Below are positions 1 through 9,203 of a DNA stretch of 51,217 nt, piece by piece. Numbering within the stretch: the stretch's first letter is position 1; each line of letters starts with the position of its first letter. The position numbers were made by a program, and so were the translations under genes. The stretch lies in contig CAYMEO010000005.1 in assembly GCA_964389705.1 (NCBI GenBank), positions 1-51,217 on the forward strand, read 5' to 3'. Below the pieces are notes generated by a model, which was not told where the DNA came from, made no database searches, and was given only the letters and a program-made list of their open reading frames with translations. The stretch comes from an uncultured Spirochaetia bacterium (GTDB lineage: Bacteria > Desulfobacterota_D > UBA1144 > Nemesobacterales > CSP1-2).

Positions 1-1896
1 TATGTCCTCAAGCGCTTGCTGCTCAATAAATATGCGATACCATATTTCTAAGTTCATAAATATCCATATCCTAAAATTATGGTCTCTCTTACCATTAATG
101 TGCTCCTCTATCATATTATGAACGTATTCATGATTGAAGATTTGACTTCCAATGAAACGCGACTCCTTTACAATCTGTCTTAAAAATGCTTTGAGCTCAT
201 CCCTCATCCAATACGCAAGTGGAAAACCAAAACCCTGCTTTCTTCTAGAGATCAGACTGGGATGGATATATTTCGAAGCGACTTTTCGCAGAATATATTT
301 TAGTTTAGCTCCATTGAGTTTTAAGTGGGCCGGGATTCTAGCAGCAAATTCAACCATCTTATGCTCTAAAAGAGGGGCCCTTACCTCAAGCCCGTGTGCC
401 ATGGCCATTCTATCTACAATTGTCAGAAGATGGTCGGGCATGCGTGTCATAAGGTCAGTGTAAAGCATTCGATCAACTAACTCATCTACATTATGGGAAT
501 TAAAGTGAACTAATATCTTCTCTTTAGAATCTATATAACCCAACTCTCTCTTTACCAAATCGGTAAGCAGTTGTGATTTGGCTTCTTCAGTATATCTCAA
601 AAAACTCATGCTCTCGGCATAACGATCGCCATAATCCAGTAGAGACATTTCATTCAGCCAGCGCAGCTTTTGAGAAAAACTCTTATATGCAAAGCTCTCG
701 GGGACCTTATTTATTATCTTCTTAAATAGGGACTTTCGCAAAAACCTTGGAATTACGCAATAGAAATCTGCAAGACGATTGCCAGAGAAACGGTCATAAC
801 CTGCAAAAAGCTCATCTCCTCCATCCCCACTAAGAGCGACTTTTACATACTTTGATGCCAACTCTGAAACCAGATATACACCCACCCCAAATGGATCCGA
901 AGGTTCATCTAAATGCCAGATCATCTTAGGCACTAGATGAACCAAATCCGCCTGAACTACCTGTTCATGGTGTTTGGTTTTGTATTGCTCTGCCACAAGT
1001 TTTGCAAAGGGAAGTTCATTAAAATCTTCCTCCCTAACACCTATAGAAAAAGTAGAAATAGGCTCCTTAGATCGCTTCGCTGCCATAGCAGTAATTAAAC
1101 TAGAGTCAATCCCTCCGCTTAAGAAACAGCCTATGGGCACATCACTCAGCATATGATCCGCTACAGTTTGGGAAAGTATATGGTCTAGCTGATCCGTAAT
1201 TTCATCTTCTGTTCCATTTATCTTATCAAGACAGGAAAAATCCCAATAACGCTCTATCCTTATTCTGCCATTTTCATATATAAGACGATGAGCCGCAGGA
1301 AGCTTTCTTATACCCTTAAATAGCGTGAACTGATCAGGGATGAACCTTAAGGAGATGTAATGATAAAGCGCTTCTAAGTCAGTTTCTCGTTTTACAAAAT
1401 CACTCGCTAAGAGGCTTTTAACTTCTGAGGCGAATGCAAGCCCCTTTGGTAGTTCACAGAAAAAGATAGGTTTTTGACCTATGTGATCCCTAGCCAGAAC
1501 TAGCCTCTTCCTTCTTATATCCCATATTGCAAAAGCAAACATTCCATCTAGATACTTTACACAGTCCTCACCGTATTTTTCATATAAATGGAGAATTACC
1601 TCCGTATCCGAACGTGTTTGAAAACACCTACCCTCGGCCTCCATTTGTTTCTTTAGAGAAGGATAGTTATAGATCTCACCGTTAAAAACAATAGCCAGAG
1701 ATCTAGAGGCATTAAACATAGGCTGATGCCCTCCTGTCAGATCAATGATGCTTAATCTACGGTGTCCTAAGGCTGCGCCATTGAGATATTCTATCCCTTC
1801 ATCATCCGGACCACGATGGGCAAGTAATGACACCATCCTTGGTAGAGCCTCAAATAGATCGGGACATTCGGATACAATACCGGCTATTCCACACAT
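1..1896 (-). CDS. asnB: Asparagine synthase (glutamine-hydrolysing)-family amidotransferase; C-terminus runs off the left edge of the window
   Basis: Not in the ORF track. Manual minus-strand translation from ATG at 1896 (RBS GGAG at ~1902-1905) gives MCGIAGIVSECPDLFEALPRMVSLLAHRGPDDEG (class II GATase N-terminal Cys). The same frame at the window edge reads RDHNFRIWIFMNLEIWYRIFIEQQ, a typical AsnB C-terminus. Confidence 0.92.
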   Translation of the reverse strand, partial: MCGIAGIVSECPDLFEALPRMVSLLAHRGPDDEGIEYLNGAALGHRRLSIIDLTGGHQPMFNASRSLAIVFNGEIYNYPSLKKQMEAEGRCFQTRSDTEVILHLYEKYGEDCVKYLDGMFAFAIWDIRRKRLVLARDHIGQKPIFFCELPKGLAFASEVKSLLASDFVKRETDLEALYHYISLRFIPDQFTLFKGIRKLPAAHRLIYENGRIRIERYWDFSCLDKINGTEDEITDQLDHILSQTVADHMLSDVPIGCFLSGGIDSSLITAMAAKRSKEPISTFSIGVREEDFNELPFAKLVAEQYKTKHHEQVVQADLVHLVPKMIWHLDEPSDPFGVGVYLVSELASKYVKVALSGDGGDELFAGYDRFSGNRLADFYCVIPRFLRKSLFKKIINKVPESFAYKSFSQKLRWLNEMSLLDYGDRYAESMSFLRYTEEAKSQLLTDLVKRELGYIDSKEKILVHFNSHNVDELVDRMLYTDLMTRMPDHLLTIVDRMAMAHGLEVRAPLLEHKMVEFAARIPAHLKLNGAKLKYILRKVASKYIHPSLISRRKQGFGFPLAYWMRDELKAFLRQIVKESRFIGSQIFNHEYVHNMIEEHINGKRDHNFRIWIFMNLEIWYRIFIEQQALEDI

Positions 1897-1931
1897 AATT
1901 TACTCCATTAATGGGTTAACGCACTCATATT

Positions 1932-2915
1932 CTATAAGTACCCCATCTCTTTGTACCACTGCCCAGTCCTTCTTAGGCCCTCGTCTAGTCCTATTTTAGG
2001 AATGTATCCTAACTCCTTTTTTGCCCTGGTAATATCAAAAGCCCTATTTTGTCTGTACCAATCAACCCTTCTAGGAAAAATAGGAGGGGCAATTCCCAGT
2101 GGCTTACATACTTTTTCGACAATATGGCCAGCAATAACAATGGGCATCACAGGGTAGTAGTTTATTTTAACAGGAATATCCAAAGCCTCACCGACCTTTT
2201 TTACTATCTCTTTTATAGGAAAGTATTCTTCATCGGCAATCAGATACTCCCTACCGTTCCCCTTATCCGGCTCCATACAAATCATGAACGCATCAATGAG
2301 ATTATCAATATATAGAGGGTGATAAAGGGTATCTCCGCTTCCGAACATAGGAAAAGAGCCCTTGGCCACCCTTTTAAAGATCATAAAGAACCTCTCCGGA
2401 TCACCCGGACCGTATATGGCCGCCGGACGTAAGATCACAGTCTTCATCCCCTTATTTGCATATCCCTTCACAATAGGTTCTGCTTCATACTTTGTCCTTT
2501 GATAGTAATCAGCCGGAGCAATTGGCGCATCTTCATTTGCCGGAGGGTTTTCAATATTTCCATGAACCCCACAGGTGCTGCAATATATGAATTTTTTTAC
2601 CCCATTTATATACGCTGCATCTAATACATTACGTGTCCCATTGACATTTACATCGTAATAATACCCATCGGGAACATTCAACTCACGAAATGCAGCCGCC
2701 AGATGAAATACTATGTCTACACCCTCCATACACCGCTCAACTATCTTTTTATCCGTAACCGTACCTATAAATGTCTTTGCACCCATAGAGCGAAGACTAT
2801 CAAATTGGATCCCCTCTTTATAGTCCAATGCTATTACCTCATGCCCCTCATTTAATAGCCTTTTTACTAATGCACTTCCAGTAAACCCTGTTCCACCTGT
2901 AACCAAAACCCTCAT
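1932..2915 (-). CDS. NAD-dependent epimerase/dehydratase (extended SDR)
   Basis: N-terminal GGTGFTG Rossmann motif, YxxxK (YQRTK) and LRPAAIYGP; strong RBS GGAGG upstream. Confidence 0.9.
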   Translation of the reverse strand: MRVLVTGGTGFTGSALVKRLLNEGHEVIALDYKEGIQFDSLRSMGAKTFIGTVTDKKIVERCMEGVDIVFHLAAAFRELNVPDGYYYDVNVNGTRNVLDAAYINGVKKFIYCSTCGVHGNIENPPANEDAPIAPADYYQRTKYEAEPIVKGYANKGMKTVILRPAAIYGPGDPERFFMIFKRVAKGSFPMFGSGDTLYHPLYIDNLIDAFMICMEPDKGNGREYLIADEEYFPIKEIVKKVGEALDIPVKINYYPVMPIVIAGHIVEKVCKPLGIAPPIFPRRVDWYRQNRAFDITRAKKELGYIPKIGLDEGLRRTGQWYKEMGYL

Positions 2916-2942
2916 CTTTCCCTCCTAGTAAAATCCATGGAA

Positions 2943-3740
2943 TCACTTATTAACTCTAGACTTCAAAATTAACATATATCCACTCTGGAAAAAAAGGAGC
3001 GAATCCAGCTTGGAAAAAAACCAAACTATAGGATAGATTAGTGAATAAACCTTAAAAAGCCTTTTGTACCTGTCTATATCACTTCCAGTAACAAAAACAC
3101 CTTTTTTAAACCCATCGTGTTTCGAGCCTTTAAGTATTCCATATCCGAAAGTAATAAGTGTATCAATGAATTCAGAGAAAAATTTGGAGTATGTCTTATA
3201 TGCGATCAGAGTAAATCTACTACCTAAGAGCGAATTAATCTCCTCTATTGTATATCCCGGACGTAAATGCCCATGTCTCTCATCTGTTTGTCCTATGCTT
3301 AGGCGAAATTGCCTAAGCAGGCTATTCTTAATATGCGGGACGTTAATAATCAGCTCCCCACCGGGCTTCATTATTCTAAATAGCTCATCTATAAATTCTC
3401 TGTCTGTAGCAATGTGCTCAAGAAAATCAACAATAACAACCCTGTCAAATTCATTATCTTCAAAAGGAGTTTGAAGGCCGTTGATTTGGAATACATCCGA
3501 CTTTACCAACTCACGTATGGAAAAAACGGCATTTTCATCCAGATCAGCGCTTTTCCAAAAACCGCCCCTTTGTCTTAGCAGATAACTTATCACCCCGTTA
3601 TCTGATCCAATGTCTAAACAAACTAAGGAGTCCGTTTTGCCCAACAGAGTTGTAATTTCTTTTAGTTTTCTCTGTTTGAGAACAGACTTATTGAAAAGGG
3701 CAACTGGCCAGTTCTCCACCAAAGTGTCCATTATCTTCAA
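2943..3740 (-). CDS. Class I SAM-dependent methyltransferase
   Basis: CLDIGSDNG motif I, FDRVVIVDFLEHI, RIMKPGGELII. Confidence 0.85.
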   Translation of the reverse strand: MKIMDTLVENWPVALFNKSVLKQRKLKEITTLLGKTDSLVCLDIGSDNGVISYLLRQRGGFWKSADLDENAVFSIRELVKSDVFQINGLQTPFEDNEFDRVVIVDFLEHIATDREFIDELFRIMKPGGELIINVPHIKNSLLRQFRLSIGQTDERHGHLRPGYTIEEINSLLGSRFTLIAYKTYSKFFSEFIDTLITFGYGILKGSKHDGFKKGVFVTGSDIDRYKRLFKVYSLIYPIVWFFSKLDSLLFFQSGYMLILKSRVNK

Positions 3741-5410
3741 GTCAAGGTAGAAAAGGCAGCCTTTACTTCCTCTATCTCACTCTGAATCCTATATTCATTC
3801 CAACCGAGCTCTTTTGCTATAATATCGGCACAGGTTTTCAAGGCTGTATCTCCAGGATTACCGCCTGAACCAAGCTCAGTGCGTCTAAAGACTACATCGG
3901 TTAGCTTCTGTGCCATCTCCTCACGAATTCCATAAATAACCTCTGCTTTAATTACACGCGATGATGCATCCAAGGTCTGTTTCCAATCGGCATTGTCATT
4001 AATATACTTCAACACTCTATGATATTCCGAGCCATAGTTATAGATTAGATGTCTTATGACATCCCTATCTAGTTCTCTCTCCCTTTTTCCTGTTTCTTGA
4101 GTCAAAAAATCACTAAATTGCTCAATATACCCCCCATAGATCGGAGTTACATTCGTTAAACACATAGGCGACCTCTTTCCAAGCTTTTTAAATACCAGAT
4201 CAATAGCCTTCTCGGCAACGGCCCTTGCGGTTGTATATTTCACACCAATAACAGAAATCAATCCTTCAGTCCCGTCAAACTTTGTATGATCCCAGATTTG
4301 ATACTTCCTAGTGAGTCTAACTTCGCCACCCCTGACACCATCCATAGGAAGAAGGCCACAATGAAAAAAGGAAATGTCATCTCGCTTAAGAGAGGCAGCC
4401 GGGTAGGCTCTGTTGATTTCATATATAAAATTCTGTATGTCTCCTTCGGTTATACTAAGATTATTTGGGCTGTCATCAAAAGGAACATAAGTGGTTCCAA
4501 TCAAAGAATACTCATGCCAAGGCACTATAAATAAAAGGCGGAAACCCTTATTCACAATGCCGTCTCCATTTTTGAATTCAAATGGGCTTGATACTCCAAC
4601 GGCATATTCCGGTATTAATCGGCGGTTTACAACAATGTTTATTGCTTTTGAAAGAAGAATCCTAGGAACACTATAGTTGCCATTTAGGACACGCAGAACC
4701 TCATTCACCCATGGCCCAGTTGTATTTACAACAACTCTAGCACGAATATCTATCTCATCACCGGTAAGCACATCCCTGGCTTTTACTCCTATCACGCGGT
4801 TCCCACATCGGAGAAATCCGGTTACCTCTACGTAATTGGCAATAACGGCCTGTGCCTTTTCAGCCGACCGAAGAACAGAGAGGATCATTCGCTCTGAGTT
4901 ATACACCTGACAATCATACCAGATTGCACCTCCGGTGAGTTCCTTTTGATTGATACCTGGAAGGAGCCTTAGACATTGATCTCTAGAGATAACCAGCCCC
5001 CCGGGGAGGTGCTTCTGCGGATCACTCAGCCAATTTCGATCAAAGCCAACTATATCATTTATCATAAGGGCTATGGACATTATCTCCTTACCCTTCATAA
5101 GGTGCCCATATGTAGGCATTAAAAAAGGGAGAGGATGTATAAGATATGGAGCAACTTTCATCATTATCTTTCTTTCACGAATTGACTCACGCATACGACC
5201 AAAGTCGGCTTGCTGTAGATACCTAAGGCCCCCGTGTATTATCTTCATCGTATTGGAAGAGGTGGCAGAACCAAAATCTCTTCTATCTACAAGGGCTACA
5301 GACAAACCCCTCAAAGCCGCATCCCATGCAGCCCAAGCACCGTAAATCCCTCCACCGATGATAAGGGCATCATAAACTTTCCCTGATAATTGAGCTATAT
5401 CTCTCTTCAT
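3737..5410 (-). CDS. FAD-dependent glycerol-3-phosphate dehydrogenase/oxidase-family protein (GlpD-like)
   Basis: IIGGGIYG, DFGSATSSNTMKIIHGGLRYL, GVKYTTAR and the C-terminal DVVFRRT domain. Substrate is uncertain given the glycan-operon context. Confidence 0.85.
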   Translation of the reverse strand: MKRDIAQLSGKVYDALIIGGGIYGAWAAWDAALRGLSVALVDRRDFGSATSSNTMKIIHGGLRYLQQADFGRMRESIRERKIMMKVAPYLIHPLPFLMPTYGHLMKGKEIMSIALMINDIVGFDRNWLSDPQKHLPGGLVISRDQCLRLLPGINQKELTGGAIWYDCQVYNSERMILSVLRSAEKAQAVIANYVEVTGFLRCGNRVIGVKARDVLTGDEIDIRARVVVNTTGPWVNEVLRVLNGNYSVPRILLSKAINIVVNRRLIPEYAVGVSSPFEFKNGDGIVNKGFRLLFIVPWHEYSLIGTTYVPFDDSPNNLSITEGDIQNFIYEINRAYPAASLKRDDISFFHCGLLPMDGVRGGEVRLTRKYQIWDHTKFDGTEGLISVIGVKYTTARAVAEKAIDLVFKKLGKRSPMCLTNVTPIYGGYIEQFSDFLTQETGKRERELDRDVIRHLIYNYGSEYHRVLKYINDNADWKQTLDASSRVIKAEVIYGIREEMAQKLTDVVFRRTELGSGGNPGDTALKTCADIIAKELGWNEYRIQSEIEEVKAAFSTLT

Positions 5411-5422
5411 TCCCTAATTGGC

Positions 5423-6604
5423 TCACACAGCTGTATCTTCTCTTACAAGCCTTGCCTCTAGCCAATCGTAAAGGCTATTGAACTCTCTTTTAAAAGACTC
5501 ATAACTGTATTTTTCTTCTATGAGCTTTTTCCCAGCCCTCCCCAACTGTAGTCTCAGAGCACTATTTTGCATTAGGCTTAACATCCCCTTTGAGAACTCC
5601 GTTGGGATAGGAGCCGAAAGCATGGCAACACTCCTATCGAGTATCTGTGTATGAGTCGGCAGATCAGTCGCCAAAACTGCTTTTCCGGAATGAAGGTAGG
5701 AGTAGAGCTTCATAGGGGTATTTCCCCCCTTAATCCTTGGGGATACTAGAATATCAGCCTGAGAAAGGTAATTAGTTAAGACCCCTACAGGCCTTGGACC
5801 AAGAAAGTGGACTCTGTCTCCTATACCCAGTACGGAGCTCTTACTCTTATATTTCTCTATATCTGACGGCGCTCCGCCAATTACAACGAGATCCGCTTTA
5901 TCCATTTCCTTTAATGCTAAGGCAAAGCTCTCAATGAGCAGATCAATTCCCTGATATACCTCTAGATTCCCAACATACATAACAATGAGATTATTGTCTA
6001 TTCCGAGTTCCCTTTTTAGACAGTTTTGATTTTCTTCCTCTACATCACCTAGTAAAGAAACGTCACGCAATGTTACAAGCCTCTTTGGATTATATTTTCC
6101 TACAAACCCTGTAAGAGAATCGCATACTGTAATGACTACTTCACTTCTCTTTACAGCAATCTTTTCAAAAAACTCTAGCAGCGGACTGAGAAAAGCCCAT
6201 GCTGGATACTTTTCAACTATTTGTTGAGAAAGAGACGAATCCATATCGTAAATGTAGGGAATTTTGAACAGGAATTTTAAAAACAGCGCTATAAAGACAG
6301 ACTCCTCCACCGCGTGGATGACCTGATAAGGCTTTCTCAATGCAAGCGAAAAAACCTTAAAGAACATAAAAAAGTCACAGATCACTTTTTTCCAAGAAAA
6401 ACCCGGGCGAATGTTTCGGACAAAAGGTATATTAAAGATCCGATGAATATTTACACTATTGTACTGAATTGTCCTCCCTTCGTGATAAGTAACTAAATCA
6501 ATCTTATATCCCCGCTCGCATAGGGTCCTCAGGAGCAAATCTACAGCAATCGGCGTTCCGCGATCTTGATAAAAGGGATGGGGAGCTAGAAATAAAATAT
6601 TCAT
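5423..6604 (-). CDS. Glycosyltransferase family 4 (GT-B)
   Basis: MYVGNLEVYQGIDLLI and ADILVSPR...TPMKLYSYLHSGKAVLATD, the GT4 C-terminal signature. Confidence 0.9.
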   Translation of the reverse strand: MNILFLAPHPFYQDRGTPIAVDLLLRTLCERGYKIDLVTYHEGRTIQYNSVNIHRIFNIPFVRNIRPGFSWKKVICDFFMFFKVFSLALRKPYQVIHAVEESVFIALFLKFLFKIPYIYDMDSSLSQQIVEKYPAWAFLSPLLEFFEKIAVKRSEVVITVCDSLTGFVGKYNPKRLVTLRDVSLLGDVEEENQNCLKRELGIDNNLIVMYVGNLEVYQGIDLLIESFALALKEMDKADLVVIGGAPSDIEKYKSKSSVLGIGDRVHFLGPRPVGVLTNYLSQADILVSPRIKGGNTPMKLYSYLHSGKAVLATDLPTHTQILDRSVAMLSAPIPTEFSKGMLSLMQNSALRLQLGRAGKKLIEEKYSYESFKREFNSLYDWLEARLVREDTAV

Positions 6605-7332
6605 CAGAGCTTCAAATCTCCTCGAATCACCTTTAAAACAACTGGAGAGCCAAAAACCCGTGTCAATCCTAAGAGGCGGCAGATTTTTTCAGTAAATGAG
6701 GAAAAATAGATTGATTTTAAAACACGATGAAGCACCATAGGTAGAAAAAACTCTGCATATCGCTCGGCATAGACAAAACCGTATAGTTTAAAAACCTCCA
6801 TTAACTCAGATTCACTGAATAAAGTAAATGGTCTAGTGTTGCCCTCTAATCTCTTTTTGAGCCTAAAAAAAGGCGATGAAATACAATTAATACTCTGTTT
6901 GGATGGATAATCAACAATAACAGCCTTGCGTGCAACCCGTGTCAACTCCCTTATAAGTTGTTTCCACTTTGTCACATGTGGCAGAAGTCGAAAGCTGATT
7001 ACTATATCAAATGCCTTATCCGGATAAGGAAGTTCAATTATATTTCCAGTTGTAAACTCACATAATCCCCTATCAATAAATTCCTGAATCCTCTTTTTAC
7101 ACACCTCGGCGCTTCCGAGTACCGAGACCCTATATCCATTATCAACGAGTGAACCCGTTAATTGCCCGTGCCCTCCACCAACATCCAAAATGGTTGCACC
7201 TGGCCAAGGAGACATCATCTTTAAGGCCGCTTCCTCTTGGACTTTTAAAAACCATAAACCTACTTCCCCTGAGAATCGCTGTGCATAATCGTCCGATGAT
7301 GTTTCAATATCAGCCGTTTCTGTATAAACCAT
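6604..7332 (-). CDS. Class I SAM-dependent methyltransferase
   Basis: ILDVGGGHG motif I and LPYPDKAFDIVISFRLLPH; 1-nt overlap with the downstream GT4. Confidence 0.85.
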   Translation of the reverse strand: MVYTETADIETSSDDYAQRFSGEVGLWFLKVQEEAALKMMSPWPGATILDVGGGHGQLTGSLVDNGYRVSVLGSAEVCKKRIQEFIDRGLCEFTTGNIIELPYPDKAFDIVISFRLLPHVTKWKQLIRELTRVARKAVIVDYPSKQSINCISSPFFRLKKRLEGNTRPFTLFSESELMEVFKLYGFVYAERYAEFFLPMVLHRVLKSIYFSSFTEKICRLLGLTRVFGSPVVLKVIRGDLKL

Positions 7333-7456
7333 AATTCCGTAAAGCTAAATTAATCACATATTCTCACTTCTTGAGATAGGCATTAATAATACCAATTCAT
7401 GTCTTGTAAGTCGAGCAGAAGTTTATTTAAATCACGGATTTATGTGAAGCTACCTT

Positions 7457-9088
7457 TTAGTGGCTCCCTACAGGAGATAGCGACGCCTCATGCTCTTGTT
7501 GAATTTCAAATGCCTTATATAATCCGAGCTGGGCTATTTGTTTGAGCTTAAGGTCTGGATCAGACCATATCCAGCTCAGAGTAATATGATCTTGCAATCC
7601 CTCTTGCTGCTCAATTTCTTTCAGGTAATCTACTCCAAACCACCGTAATCTCTTCTTCAGATTGAGGACTGCAGGATTATATGTCCAGCCAATATAAATC
7701 CACGGTCGAGGTAGCTGATTAAGTAATTCAAGAGAATCCACATAGTTTTTCTCACCAACCCAGTGACGAAATGATTTATTTGGAAAAATTTCCTCGCCTT
7801 CGGCTCTCCCCTTGCTCCAAGACAGCTTGATATCCTGCTTCGGAAATGCAAATCTGAGAAAGCTATAATCTGAAAGCCATGGAATGAGGTAGGTGGCATT
7901 TGGATAACGTTGTATGAGTCCGGCCATAATCTTCAAGTACTGGTTTTGATCAATCTCATAGGGAACAAGGGGGGCAAAGAACAGCCGATTTCCAAGTACC
8001 AAGATGATTAAAAGAAAAACCAAGTTTATTCTGTACCGTGAGAGTATTGCGGTAAATCTCTGCAATCCCAAGTAGGTTAGAACCGAGAGTGGCACGAGTG
8101 CTGTATAAAAATAGCGAGGCTCAAAATGCCGCAATCCAAGAATAAAGGGCAGGGTACAAACGCCAACCCATACAAGCACCAACCCAGTTCTAGAACTCCA
8201 GGGCGGCCATATAGCAAGGACCAGAGCCGGTAGAAAAAGCTGAACTGACATCATAAGCTCATAAAGCTTTACACCTAGACTTTCTCTACGCTCCACGACA
8301 CCCATAGTGATTGCCATGAGTCCGTGGTATGATAGACCAATAAGCTTATAAAAGGCAACCATCATTACAATTAGGCAGACAAAAACGAGACTCGCCCGTA
8401 TAAAAACCTTTGTCCAGCTATATAGTCCATTTCTAAGAACAAAGAGCCCTAGAACCAAGCCTGCGAAAAAGAGAAAGGAAGTAAAGCGGCAAAGAACTCC
8501 TAATAATAAGCCTATTGCAGCAAGAACTATAAACCCTCCCAACCGCCATCTATTAAAACTCTGAAAACTCCTCAGAAATGCCCAACATCCAAGAGTAGTA
8601 AATAGTAAGCTGGGCACCTCAGAGAGAACTTTGTAACTAAGGTAAACAGAAATTGGCTGGAACATTAGCACAACAGTAATATAAGGCGCCTCTCTCTGTT
8701 CAAAAATTTCCCGAAGCAACACATAGCTTGCAACTACAAATCCTACTAACATCACAGCAAATATGAACTGAATGATTAGAAGAGACCAGAGTCCACTGCC
8801 TAAGAGTTGAACAAGAAAACGCAGGATAACGACTAGTCCGATCTTTGCTGCAAAAAATCCCTCTGGAAATATGCCATAGCCCTCGGGGAATATTCCACTA
8901 GCAAGACCAACCTCTAGTTTCATCAGTTCACCTGTAGAGTGATGGAGTACCGAAAACAGATAAAAATACTCATCCTGGTGATGACCTAGACCAAAGCCAA
9001 TTAGTAAAAGGGTAATAGCAGATAGGGATAACAAAAGCGCTGGTGATAGGGGAATTAATTTCTTCCCTTGATGGATCTGTGGTAACAT
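7457..9088 (-). CDS. Multi-pass membrane protein, probable GT-C fold (ArnT/PMT-like) glycosyltransferase
   Basis: Many hydrophobic segments; acidic DE pair after the first TM helix (HHQDEYFY); LSEVP, RFTS and HFEPRYFY motifs; soluble C-terminal domain. Family assignment is inference. Confidence 0.55.
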   Translation of the reverse strand: MLPQIHQGKKLIPLSPALLLSLSAITLLLIGFGLGHHQDEYFYLFSVLHHSTGELMKLEVGLASGIFPEGYGIFPEGFFAAKIGLVVILRFLVQLLGSGLWSLLIIQFIFAVMLVGFVVASYVLLREIFEQREAPYITVVLMFQPISVYLSYKVLSEVPSLLFTTLGCWAFLRSFQSFNRWRLGGFIVLAAIGLLLGVLCRFTSFLFFAGLVLGLFVLRNGLYSWTKVFIRASLVFVCLIVMMVAFYKLIGLSYHGLMAITMGVVERRESLGVKLYELMMSVQLFLPALVLAIWPPWSSRTGLVLVWVGVCTLPFILGLRHFEPRYFYTALVPLSVLTYLGLQRFTAILSRYRINLVFLLIILVLGNRLFFAPLVPYEIDQNQYLKIMAGLIQRYPNATYLIPWLSDYSFLRFAFPKQDIKLSWSKGRAEGEEIFPNKSFRHWVGEKNYVDSLELLNQLPRPWIYIGWTYNPAVLNLKKRLRWFGVDYLKEIEQQEGLQDHITLSWIWSDPDLKLKQIAQLGLYKAFEIQQEHEASLSPVGSH

Positions 9089-9203
9089 GGACTAAATTAT
9101 CAAAAAGTCAGTAGAAAACCCTTATCTTTATTACAATAGCCAATCATCAGATATGATCTCAAATTCAATATTAGTTAAGAAAATCCAACCCCTTGACTCA
9201 GAT

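Noticed and set aside
152-1999. Plus-strand ORFs 152-463, 974-1156 and 1745-1999
   Set aside because: Antisense shadows of asnB; no motifs or RBS. The same applies to the many short antisense or nested ORFs elsewhere (for example 46615-47181, 48096-48494, 43350-43712).
9089-9098. GGACTAAATT next to the start of the GT-C-like gene, and ATCTTTAGAT at 35654, as further regulator boxes
   Set aside because: Two or more mismatches and no supporting promoter geometry; compatible with chance in AT-rich DNA.
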